This document shows, one piece after another, positions 47,721 to 57,350 of a stretch of DNA of 64,000 bases (position 1 is the first letter of the stretch; each line of letters opens with the position of its first letter). The notes under the pieces are model-generated. The model had not been told where the DNA came from. It was given only the letters and a program-made list of their open reading frames with translations, and ran no database searches. A program made the translations under genes and the position numbers. This DNA is from an uncultured delta proteobacterium. GTDB taxonomy: Bacteria; Desulfobacterota; Binatia; UBA9968. The DNA lies in assembly GCA_963803415.1 (NCBI GenBank), contig CAWDMI010000006.1, forward strand, positions 92,399 to 156,398. The letters run 5' to 3'.

Positions 47721-50700
47721 TTGGTAACTCTTTCTATCCAGCCGGGACAGCTTCTGACTGGCTCTCTTTTCAACGAGCCGATGCGGGTGGAGACCGTCAG
47801 GTCCAATGGCCCTGACACGTGGGTGTTGGGTCTCGTTGGTCTCCAGTCGGAAAGGTTCAGGAATGTCACTCTTACGGACAAAGATCTAGCGACACTTAAG
47901 ATCCAGGAGACGACTTGTTCTTATGACGGTGATGGGCAGCTTCTTCGGCTCGGATTGCAGGCCTACGCATTAGGAATAGCCTACGAATTTGATCCTTACT
48001 TTGGCCTTTCCATTTCTCGCGTCGATCCCTTACCGCATCAGCTCGAAGCCGTTTATGACTACCTCCTGAAAGTCGCCCGGGTACGATTTCTGCTGGCTGA
48101 CGATGCAGGAGCGGGGAAGACCATCATGGCGGGGCTGCTTATCCGTGAGCTCAAGCTCAGGGGCCTTGCCGAGCGAATCCTGATTGCCTGCCCATCGAAT
48201 CTGACCTTTCAATGGCAACGGGAGCTCAAGGAAAAATTTGACGAGAAGTTCCTTGTCATGAAAGGTGGCGACATCCGCGATCAGTTCGGCGTAAACCAGT
48301 GGATGGAGCAAAAGCAAGTCATCACGTCGCTTGATCTTGCCAAGCGTACCGACGTCTTACCCGGGTTGCGACAGGTCCGCTGGGAGCTTGTTATCGTGGA
48401 CGAAGCCCACCGCATGTCAGCCTCAGATCCGGAGCACAAGACGCAGCGTTACCGGCTCGGTGAGCTGATGCGCGACACCAGCGACCATCTACTGCTTCTC
48501 ACCGCGACGCCCCATCGCGGCGACCCGGAGAACTTCTCATTCTTTCTCCAGTTGCTGGATGCGGATGCCTATGCTGATGTGAAGTCGATTCGCCAGGCGA
48601 TGGACCGGCGCCGCGCTCCCTTCTACCTACGTCGCACCAAGGAAGCCATGGTCTATTTCCCGGAGCGCCAGACTGACGGCTCATGGATTGCGCGGAAGAT
48701 CTTCACCAAGCGCATTCCCAAGACGGTTGATTTCGAAATAGACGGGGCTGAGTTCGAATTGTACCGAGATGTTACCAATTTCGTGAGACGGCAGAGCGCT
48801 AAGGCGGCGGCACAAGGGGAAGATCCAAGGGCTAGGGCGATTGGTTTTCTAATGGCCTTGTACCAACGTAGGCTTGCCTCCAGCACCTACGCCGTCCGCC
48901 ATTCTTTGGAAAATCGCGCTCGCAGGCTCGAGGATGGCCTCAAGCGAGCCCAGGAACTCGCTCGTCTTGCACCGCCAGAACTTCCCGACCCAGAAGAATT
49001 CGAAGAGATGGAGGAAGCGGAGCGGGAACGGCTGGAGGAAATGCTCGATGCGATCACCCTGTCAGGGAATGCCGAGCAGGTCCAGGAGGAGATCGGCGAG
49101 CTGAAAAGACTTGCGGCACAAGCCCAAGCTGTTGAGGACCCGGGTTCTGAGGCAAAACTCTCCCGCCTTAAACAAATCCTTGAGCAGGAGGGATTCTTTG
49201 ATCAGCCCGAGAAGAGGCTTCTTATCTTCACGGAATTCAAGGACACACTCGACTACCTCGTTAATCGACTCAAGTCCTGGGGCTTTCGCGTCGGATTTAT
49301 CCACGGCGGAATGAAACCTGGTTCGCGTGATGAAGCGGGCACGCGACTCTGCACCGAGCAACAGTTCAAAGACGGCGAGATTCAGGTGCTTGTTGCCACC
49401 GAGGCGGCAGGAGAAGGTATCAACCTCCAATGCTGCCATATCCTTTTTAACTACGACATCCCGTGGAACCCGAACCGCTTGGAGCAGCGCATGGGGCGCA
49501 TCCACAGATATGGGCAGCAGTACGATTGTCTCATCTTTAACTTCGTCGCCACGAACACGATCGAGGGGAAGGTGCTGCAGCGCCTGTACGAAAAGCTTGG
49601 CGAGATCCGTGACGCCCTGGACGACGATGCCGTCTTCAACGTGGTTGGCGAAGTTCTTCCCGCCGCTCATGTTGAACGCGTCCTGCGCGACTACTACTCC
49701 GGCCGCCTTGGAGATGCGGATCTGGAAGACCGCCTGCTCAAGAACGTCGATGAAAAGCAGTTTCGCAACATCTGCCAAAACGCGCTTGAGGGACTGGCGG
49801 CAAAGAAGCTAAATCTTGAGATGCTCATCGAGCGCCGAGCCAGGGCTCAGGAACGAAGAGTCGTCCCCGAGACGATTGCGCGCTTTATTCGCGAGACCGC
49901 AGACTACGTGCCCCTCACGCTCAAGCCTGTTCCATCCCTGCCGCATACCTTTGAGCCGATCAGGACTCCCACAACCTTGAGGCGCTACGAGAGCGAGACG
50001 GATTGGAGACTGCCCGCGCTCGCCACAAGGTATCCACGTCTTTCCACCGACCGTGAAACAGCAGACAAAAATCACCTTGAATGGGTCACTCCCGGACACC
50101 CACTCTTCGAGGCTCTTAGACGCCACGCCCTCAACCAGTCACGGCCAGTCTTCGCCAAGGGGGCTTGCTTCTATTCTCTGCTCCACGAGCGTCCGGCACG
50201 GCTCGACTTCTACCGCGCCCGCGTTGTGGACGGCGTAGGTAATGTCATCCATGAACGGCTTTTTGTGGTCGAGCTTGGGGAGACCGGTGATCCTTCCCTT
50301 CGTGAAGCGAGCCTTCTTGGGGACTGCACGCCCGCCGAGCCAACCAAGAATCTGCCTGCGGTCGCAGCACTACCAGAAGCAACCGCATGGCTCAATCAAC
50401 ATGCCCTTACTCCATTCCTAGAAGAGGTACGCGCCGAGCGCCTAGCTGAAATCGATCGCATCGCAGCCCACGTGGAGCTTTCGCTCACCGAGCTTTTACA
50501 GAAGGCCGACGAAGAGATCGGCAGAGCCGGAGCAGAGATTGAGAAGAAGGTTGGAGGGGCAGAAGGTCGCTTTGCCCAGGCTGAAGCCCGTCACGCAGAA
50601 CTGATGGAACGCCGGGAAAAGCGGCGCCAGGAGCTGGAGCGCCAGAAAGCTTTGTCGCTTCAAGCTGTCGAGCGTTTGGCCAGCGTGCTGATCCTTCCCC

Positions 50701-51152
50701 ATCCGGAACGAGAAGCGCCCGAAGTGAGACGATTTCGGCCCGATCCGGAGGTCGAGGAGGCCGCCATGCGCGTCGTCATGGAATTTGAGAGAGCCCAAAA
50801 CCGTCAGGTCTATGATGTGCATGAAAAGAATCTCGGCTACGATATCACCAGCCTCGATCTCAACTCCGGCGAGCTTCGCCTCATCGAAGTGAAGGGCATC
50901 GGCGCCTCAACCGGCACCGTGCTTCTCACTCCCAACGAACGCCGCGTTGCCGAAGACCGGCGAGACTGCTACTGGCTCTACGTTGTTACCGACTGCAATG
51001 CCCAGTCGAAGCTGCAAGACCCCATCAAAGACCCCGCCCGCTTTCCGTGGCATGAAGTGAAGAAGGTGGAACATTATTATCTTTCTGTCGATGCTTTGAC
51101 GCAGCCGATGCAGGTTCGTGAAGACCCGGAAACTTATGGAGGGAGACAGTGA
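47721..51152 (+). CDS. SNF2-family helicase with C-terminal DUF3883 (NO VEIN-like) nuclease domain
   Basis: [37 protein letters not shown]; GYDITS...IEVKG...LTPNE. Confidence 0.93.
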   Translation: MVTLSIQPGQLLTGSLFNEPMRVETVRSNGPDTWVLGLVGLQSERFRNVTLTDKDLATLKIQETTCSYDGDGQLLRLGLQAYALGIAYEFDPYFGLSISRVDPLPHQLEAVYDYLLKVARVRFLLADDAGAGKTIMAGLLIRELKLRGLAERILIACPSNLTFQWQRELKEKFDEKFLVMKGGDIRDQFGVNQWMEQKQVITSLDLAKRTDVLPGLRQVRWELVIVDEAHRMSASDPEHKTQRYRLGELMRDTSDHLLLLTATPHRGDPENFSFFLQLLDADAYADVKSIRQAMDRRRAPFYLRRTKEAMVYFPERQTDGSWIARKIFTKRIPKTVDFEIDGAEFELYRDVTNFVRRQSAKAAAQGEDPRARAIGFLMALYQRRLASSTYAVRHSLENRARRLEDGLKRAQELARLAPPELPDPEEFEEMEEAERERLEEMLDAITLSGNAEQVQEEIGELKRLAAQAQAVEDPGSEAKLSRLKQILEQEGFFDQPEKRLLIFTEFKDTLDYLVNRLKSWGFRVGFIHGGMKPGSRDEAGTRLCTEQQFKDGEIQVLVATEAAGEGINLQCCHILFNYDIPWNPNRLEQRMGRIHRYGQQYDCLIFNFVATNTIEGKVLQRLYEKLGEIRDALDDDAVFNVVGEVLPAAHVERVLRDYYSGRLGDADLEDRLLKNVDEKQFRNICQNALEGLAAKKLNLEMLIERRARAQERRVVPETIARFIRETADYVPLTLKPVPSLPHTFEPIRTPTTLRRYESETDWRLPALATRYPRLSTDRETADKNHLEWVTPGHPLFEALRRHALNQSRPVFAKGACFYSLLHERPARLDFYRARVVDGVGNVIHERLFVVELGETGDPSLREASLLGDCTPAEPTKNLPAVAALPEATAWLNQHALTPFLEEVRAERLAEIDRIAAHVELSLTELLQKADEEIGRAGAEIEKKVGGAEGRFAQAEARHAELMERREKRRQELERQKALSLQAVERLASVLILPHPEREAPEVRRFRPDPEVEEAAMRVVMEFERAQNRQVYDVHEKNLGYDITSLDLNSGELRLIEVKGIGASTGTVLLTPNERRVAEDRRDCYWLYVVTDCNAQSKLQDPIKDPARFPWHEVKKVEHYYLSVDALTQPMQVREDPETYGGRQ

Positions 51153-51700
51153 CTAAGCCTGATGGCAGATCCGACGTTCCTATCGAGCGAATCGAGAGCG
51201 CGATTCTTTTTGTCCGAGGGCACAAAGTGATGCTGGATTCTGACCTGGCGGCGCTTTACGGGGTCACGACGTTCAATCTCAACAAAGCGGTGAAGCGGAA
51301 CACGGATCGCTTTCCCGAGGACTTTATGTTCCAACTAACGGCTGAAGAAGCCAGCAGTTTGAGATTCCAAATTGGAATGTCAAAGGCTAAGGGGCGAGGG
51401 GGACGGCGGTATTTGCCTTACGTGTTTACGGAGCAGGGTGTGGCTATGCTATCCAGCGTGCTTCGGAGCAAGCGGGCGGTCCGGGTCAACGTAGAAATCA
51501 TGCGGGCCTTTGTTCGCTTGCGCCGGATGCTTGCGTCCAACGAAGAACTGGCCCGGAAGCTCGCTGTTCTGGAAAAGAAATACGATTCCCAGTTTAGAGT
51601 TGTCTTCGAAGCCATTCGAGAACTCATGGCGTCACCGACGCCAAAGCGTAGAAAGATCGGTTTTTTGGTAAGCGAGACGGCAGCGAAATATGGGCATTGA
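51149..51700 (+). CDS. ORF6N (KilA-N-like) DNA-binding domain protein
   Basis: [18 protein letters not shown]...[16 protein letters not shown]...[13 protein letters not shown]. Confidence 0.92.
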   Translation: MTKPDGRSDVPIERIESAILFVRGHKVMLDSDLAALYGVTTFNLNKAVKRNTDRFPEDFMFQLTAEEASSLRFQIGMSKAKGRGGRRYLPYVFTEQGVAMLSSVLRSKRAVRVNVEIMRAFVRLRRMLASNEELARKLAVLEKKYDSQFRVVFEAIRELMASPTPKRRKIGFLVSETAAKYGH

Positions 51701-51713
51701 AAAGTGGACATCA

Positions 51714-51956
51714 AACGAACGCCGCGTCGCCGAAGACCGCCCTACCTGCCGCGCAGGGCACCTGTGTGCCGTCGCACGGCCACAGGCAGGCGGCGCAGGC
51801 AAGCGCGACTGCTACTGGCTTTACGTTATTACGGGTTGCAAGTCACAAGCCTGTCTTCAAGAGCCAATCAAAAATCCCGCTCGCTTCCCGTGGCATGAGG
51901 TTAAAAAAGTAGATCACTACTATTTGTCGCTGCATGCTTTGACCCAAACTATGCAA
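51714..51956 (+). pseudogene. Diverged duplicate of the helicase DUF3883 3' end with a 63-bp in-frame palindromic insertion
   Basis: NERRVAEDR[21 aa]RDCYWLYV...[18 protein letters not shown] matches the helicase at 50934-51113. Confidence 0.88.
51741..51803. repeat. Miniature nested palindromic (REP-like) insertion
   Basis: CCTACCTGC...GCAGGCAAG outer arms with inner CCTGTG...CACAGG; absent from the intact helicase copy. Confidence 0.65.
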
Positions 51957-51999
51957 CTCTTAACGATCCTGCTGAGAAAAGAACATATACAGGAGGGTT

Positions 52000-52593
52000 A
52001 TGATGCCCAAACGAGAACCTGAAATAACTGCTCTTGAAGCGGTTTATGCTGCATTGAAACCCCTAGAGCCCGAAGTGCGAAGGAAGGTGCTGGCGTCTGT
52101 CTATTCACTTTTAGAGGTACCCTCTCAGGAACCATCGCAGCAACACCCACCCGGAAAGGACGGCTCCCTCCCTAAGCCACCAACGGATGGCGGCCGCGCA
52201 GAAAGTTCCCGTCCGGTTGGCCTAACCGAACTAGTCAGGGAAAAGAGCCCGGGTACGAACGCTCAGCGAATCGTCCTTTTTGCGTACTACCGTGAGAAGC
52301 ATGAAGGGATCTCCCGGTTCAGCAGTGATGATCTCAAGGAATATTTCGGGAAGGCTAGGGAGCACCCGCCCCAAAACTACAGCCGCGACTTTCGCGAGGC
52401 AGTCAAGAGAGGCTGGATTCACGAAGACGACTCAGATTCTTATATAACTTCCAAAGGTATCGAGGCAGTGGAGGCAGGATTTACCGGCGAGCGCAGATAC
52501 AGGGGACGTCCCACGCGGACATCGTCCCGCCGTCAAACCAGAAGGCGAATTGGAAAGCGGGCTAAGGAAACAAAACGTCAACGCTCTCGATGA
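52000..52593 (+). CDS. Hypothetical protein: N-terminal helical hairpin, probable C-terminal winged helix, basic tail
   Basis: AGGAGG RBS; IVLFAYY...DLKEYF...PPQNYSRDFREAVKRGWI...YITSKGIEAVE wHTH-like pattern. Confidence 0.65.
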   Translation: MMPKREPEITALEAVYAALKPLEPEVRRKVLASVYSLLEVPSQEPSQQHPPGKDGSLPKPPTDGGRAESSRPVGLTELVREKSPGTNAQRIVLFAYYREKHEGISRFSSDDLKEYFGKAREHPPQNYSRDFREAVKRGWIHEDDSDSYITSKGIEAVEAGFTGERRYRGRPTRTSSRRQTRRRIGKRAKETKRQRSR

Positions 52594-52662
52594 TATTGGC
52601 CAAACCTGCGCCGATAGCGCCACAGCTGGCAACCATAATTTTGCGTTTTGCAAGGCGCCTCA

Positions 52663-53529
52663 ATGATTGATGACCAATTCATCTTGGGTATAGAACGTCT
52701 CCGCGATGAGTTAGGAGATCTCAAGTCTGGTTTGCGTGATAGGTATCGGTCTGCGGACCGCCAGGTGACAGCAGAGGATCTGAAGGAAAGTGCGGCACGT
52801 ATAGCCGAGAAGTGGATGGTTGGTTGCGGTCCTGTAATCGAGCGGTTGGGGATCATTTCTTCGGACTACCTGGCGGATCTACATGTTCATTTTCAAAGGC
52901 TACTGACATTTTCTGAGCGGGCCTCAAGACGCAAACTTTATGAGGTCGAAATTAAAGCGGTTTTGAATCGCATTACGGGAGAACTAATTATTCCCCTTAA
53001 ACGATTTTCTAGGCAGGGAACAATTGCGCAACCCGCCCATCCGGTTGAGTCAGTGCAGCCACAACTGGCAAATGCAACTGGCGGAAAAAACGGCGATGAA
53101 TTTCAGCCGACCGCTTTTGTGGCGCATTCTTTTTCTTCTAATGACAGCGTTGTGATCGACTGCGTTATCGGAACACTAAGCGCTTTAGGTGTCGCTGTTA
53201 TAACCGGAGAGAAGCCAAGAGCCGACCGTATTTCAGAAAAGGTTAAAAGACTCATAGATGGGCAATACCTATTTATCGGGGTGTTTACACAGAGGGAGAA
53301 AATTGCCCGCCGAAAAGAATGGACTACGAGCGCGTGGCTGATCGACGAAAAGGCTTACGCGGTCGGAAAGGGCAAGAAACTTATTCTCTTAAAAGAAGAT
53401 GGGGTTCAAAGTATCGGGGGCATTCAAGGCGATTACCAGTTTGTTGATTTTTCGAGAAATCGACTTCACGAGATACCTATTGCACTCTTGAACATCCTGC
53501 ATGTGACAGCACGGGGGCTTCGTTCATAG
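52663..53529 (+). CDS. Protein with N-terminal helical domain and C-terminal TIR-like / nucleoside-deoxyribosyltransferase-like domain
   Basis: AFVAHSF, ISEKVKRLID...FIGVFT, SAWLIDEKAYAVGKGKKLILLKE (Glu at the TIR catalytic position). Confidence 0.7.
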   Translation: MIDDQFILGIERLRDELGDLKSGLRDRYRSADRQVTAEDLKESAARIAEKWMVGCGPVIERLGIISSDYLADLHVHFQRLLTFSERASRRKLYEVEIKAVLNRITGELIIPLKRFSRQGTIAQPAHPVESVQPQLANATGGKNGDEFQPTAFVAHSFSSNDSVVIDCVIGTLSALGVAVITGEKPRADRISEKVKRLIDGQYLFIGVFTQREKIARRKEWTTSAWLIDEKAYAVGKGKKLILLKEDGVQSIGGIQGDYQFVDFSRNRLHEIPIALLNILHVTARGLRS

Positions 53530-53563
53530 CAATACTATAATAGTTTTCACAATCCAGATTTCA

Positions 53564-56500
53564 ATGATTCCCAAAGAATGTAAGCGGCTGGCGGAGGTGG
53601 ATTTTCCGATTGCGGTGGTGAGCAAACATGCCGCGAAGGAGAAGTCTATCCGCTACGGCCATCCGTCAACGCTGCATTTATGGTGGGCACGGCGGCCGTT
53701 GGCCGCGTGCCGCGCGATGTTGCTAGGGCTTCTTCTGCCTGATCCTTGTGATCAGCACTGCCCCGAGGAGTTTAAACAAAAAGCTCATGAGCTTTTGCCA
53801 AAGGTGCAGGGAGCAGTGGGCCCTAAGGACGAGGACCTTAGAAAATCTCTCCTCAAATTCATTGGTGACTTTGCTAACTGGGATCTCTCGTCCGACCGCA
53901 CTTACCTGGAAGTTTCACGCGAGCTCGTAAAAGCAGCTCATTCAGAGGAAACCCCGCTCGTCGTTGATCCGTTTGCCGGTGGCGGTTCGATCCCGCTCGA
54001 GGCATTGCGACTTGGTTGCGAAACGTTCGCGAGCGACTTAAATCCGGTCGCCTGTTTGATCCTCAAGGTGATGTTGGAGGACATTCCCAGATACGGAGGG
54101 CAAAAGGTAAAAGTAAAAAAACAAAATGGGGAAGAAGTCGGGGCTGATGGCTTAGCTGACGCACTAAGAATCGTTGGGAAAGACATCAAAGAAGCAGCCG
54201 AGAAGGAACTCTCCGAGCTCTACCCAAAAGACCCCGATGGCGCCACACCCATCGCCTATCTCTGGGCGCGCAGTGTGCGCTGCGAGTCGCCGAACTGCGG
54301 CGCGGAAATACCGCTCGTGCGCTCATTCTGGCTCTCCAAGAAAGCAGACAGGAAACGGGCGCTTAAGTATCGGGTAAAAAGGCAGGAAGAGAAAACTCCA
54401 GAGATCGAATTTCAAGTTTTCGAGCCGCACACTGATGCCGACGTGTCCAAGGGGACAGTGTCCCGAGGGAATGCTGCATGCCCAGCATGCAACATGGTGC
54501 TGAGAGTCGATCGGGTACGCGGGCAGCTCACCGCACAGAGAGGTGGTGCGGACGTGCTGTTTGACACCAAGGGTAGCCGTATGGGCGGCGCGCGGTTGCT
54601 GGCGGTGGTTCTGATTAAGGCCGGCGATCCGGGTCGTGACTACCGACTGCCGACGGAGTGCGATTACGATGCGGTGCGAAAAGCGCAGGCACGTGTCGTG
54701 AAGATACTTGACAAGTGGGAACGCGGTGGGAAGCATGGCCTTTGCCCTGTCCCGGATGAATCGTTACCGCCGATTGGGACGCTGGGCTTCCGCGTGCAAC
54801 GGTACGGCATACTGCAGTGGGGCGACCTCTTTACGGCGCGACAGAAGGCGGCGCTGGTCATGCTGAGCACAATAGTGGCTCGATCCTCACACAACGGCGC
54901 GGCCAACGAGATTGCCGGCCTGGCTTTAAGCCGACTCACAGACATCTACAACGCGCAAGGTGTTTGGGAGACTACAAAGACTCAGGTCAGAAACCTATTC
55001 TCCCGGCAGGCGATCGCAATGCGCTGGGACTTCGCTGAGGCAAGTGCTTGTGCGGAACAGGCGGGGGACTACCAAACCACCTTCGAGACTATGGTTCGAG
55101 TTGCAGAAAGGCTGGCGGCGTTCAACAGCAGTGGCCAGGTGCAGCAAGCTGACGCCGCAAGCTCCTCGTTGCCAGACGAGACAGTGCCCGTCTGGTTCAC
55201 TGACCCACCATACTATGATGCTATTCCGTACTCGGACTTAGCTGACTTTTTCTACGTCTGGCTCAAACGCGCGCTGCCGAACGATGCGCTGTTGCGGGAT
55301 TCATCCGATTCTGCGAACCCTTTAACTCCGAAGTTGCACGAGGCAGTGCAGGATGAGACTAAGCGCGACAACGGCCGTGTGAAAGACCGGGCGTGGTTCG
55401 AGGAGAAGATGGCGAAGGCCTTTGCCGAAGGACGGCGCGTCCTTCGCGAGGACGGCATCGGCTCCGTGGTGTTCGCTCACAAGACGACTGAAGGTTGGGA
55501 GGCGCTCCTTTCGGGTATGATCCGCGGTGGCTGGACGATTACGGGCTCTTGGCCGATCGCCACTGAGATGGCTACAAGGATGCGTGCTCGCGATTCCGCC
55601 GCCCTTGCTACCAGCGTTCACCTCGTGTGCCGGCCTCGCACCCACGAGAAAATCGGTGATTGGCAGGAGATGCTGCGCGAGTTACCCAAGCGAGTCGGGG
55701 ACTGGATGGAGCGTCTGCAATCGGAAGGTATCCGCGGGGCAGACTTGGTTTTTGCTTGCATCGGGCCGGCGCTGGAAATCTACAGCAGGTATTCAAGAGT
55801 CGTTGATGCTGAGGATCGAGAGATTCCGCTGGGCGGTGATCCGGAGGCGACTGAACCGCATAAGCGAGGCTATCTCGCCTACGTGTGGGAGGCTGTTGGC
55901 CGTGCTGCGTTTGGAGCAGGTTCTTGGAACTGCTGAGGCTGGGGCACGCAACGGCGCGGCGGGAGCTTTGGAAGAGGATGCACGGTTGACGGCGCTTTTC
56001 TTGTGGACGCTACAAAGCACGAATGGCGAACAGGCAGAAGGCAATAGGCAAGAGGCAATAGAAAAAGAGTCTGAAGGGGATGACGACGAGGAGGAAGAGA
56101 CAAGTACAAAGGGCAAGAAGAAGAAAGGTCTGACTCTAGTATTCGATGTCGTGCGGCGGTTTGCGCAGCCGCTGGGGATTCATCTCGATAGTTGGGAAGA
56201 CCGGATCATTGAGACTGACAAAGGAATTGTTCGGCTGCTTCCCGTTGGGGAGCGTGGAGAGCAGCTTTTCGGTGATGACGGAGCCGACATGGTGGCTGAC
56301 TGGCTGGAGCGGGAGCCGACGGGCGCGCTTCAATTGGCACTGTTTCCTGATCGGGGCGAAGCCGCGCCCAAAGTAAAAAGTAAAAAGGTAAAAGGAAAAA
56401 GAGGCGCTGCTAAGGAAGTAAGCACGAAGCAGGAGGCGACGACCTTGGACCGAGTGCACGCGGCGATGCTGCTCCAGTCGACCGGGCGAGCGAACGCTTT

Positions 56501-56636
56501 GAGGGCCTTGCTGAAGGCTGAGCAGGATCGCGGTCCGGATTTTCTCCGTTTGGCCAACGCCCTGTCCGCGTTGTATCCTAAGCAGAGTGAGGAGAAGCGG
56601 TTACTTGACGCTATGCTGCTGGCCGTACCGAGGTAA
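53564..56636 (+). CDS. DUF1156 adenine-specific DNA methyltransferase; apparent +1 frameshift at TTT 55910-55912
   Basis: LHLWWARRPLA, motif I DPFAGGGSIP, Zn insert CESPNC/CPAC, motif IV TDPPYYD; removing one T restores GRAA-LEQVLG and continues to 56636. Confidence 0.88.
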
Positions 56637-56657
56637 GAAAATAGGAGGAAGCGAAAC

Positions 56658-56873
56658 ATGTTTGACCGAATCACTTTTGACCCCCAAATCATGGGAGGCA
56701 GGGCTTGCATCCGTGGGATGCGGATACCAGTTTCTGTGATTGTTGGTCAAATCGCTCATGGTGCTACGTTCGATGAGATTCTTGAGGGCTATCCCGACCT
56801 GGAAAAAGAAGATATCCAACAGGCAGTCGAGTATGCCGCTTGGCTAACCCAGGAAGAAATTCACTTCCGTTAG
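56658..56873 (+). CDS. DUF433 antitoxin-like protein
   Basis: RITFDPQIMGGRACIRGMRIPV...EILEGYPDLEKEDI. Confidence 0.92.
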   Translation: MFDRITFDPQIMGGRACIRGMRIPVSVIVGQIAHGATFDEILEGYPDLEKEDIQQAVEYAAWLTQEEIHFR

Positions 56874-56883
56874 GAATCGGGAG

Positions 56884-57243
56884 GTGCGATTTCTTGCCGA
56901 CATGTGCATGGATGTGCGGGTCGCGACCTGGTTGAACACCCAAGGGCACGAGGCCACGCACCTGCGGGACGAAGGGCTTCAGCGAATGGCGAACGGCGGG
57001 ATTTTTGAAAAGGCTATCGCCGAGTCCCGCGTAGTCGTGACATTTGATCTCGATTTCGGCGAGATCGTGGCCTTTACTAAGGGACGTAAGACCGGAGTCA
57101 TTTTATTCCGCCTACGAAATACTCGAACATCCCATGTAATTCAGCGCCTCTCCGCCGTGATTTCCGAATGCGCGGATACTTTGACGAGGGGTGCTATTGT
57201 GATTGTCGAAGAGAGCCGGCATCGGGTGAGAGAGTTTCCATAG
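56884..57243 (+). CDS. DUF5615 PIN-like (VapC45-like) toxin
   Basis: MRFLADM, RVVVTFDLDFGE, GVILFRL. Confidence 0.88.
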   Translation: MRFLADMCMDVRVATWLNTQGHEATHLRDEGLQRMANGGIFEKAIAESRVVVTFDLDFGEIVAFTKGRKTGVILFRLRNTRTSHVIQRLSAVISECADTLTRGAIVIVEESRHRVREFP

Positions 57244-57350
57244 ATCGTGTTTGACGAAATAATCCTGCGTCTCAAGAACTGATAAGCCTGAAGCAGAAAG
57301 GAATGAGCTGGTCGCCCAGACAAAGCAGGGAAGTAAGTCACTGAGCAATT

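Noticed and set aside
52663-53529. Assignment to CBASS, Pycsar or Thoeris
   Set aside because: No cyclase, ThsA-like or sensor-domain partner in the window, so it is kept as an unassigned TIR-like effector
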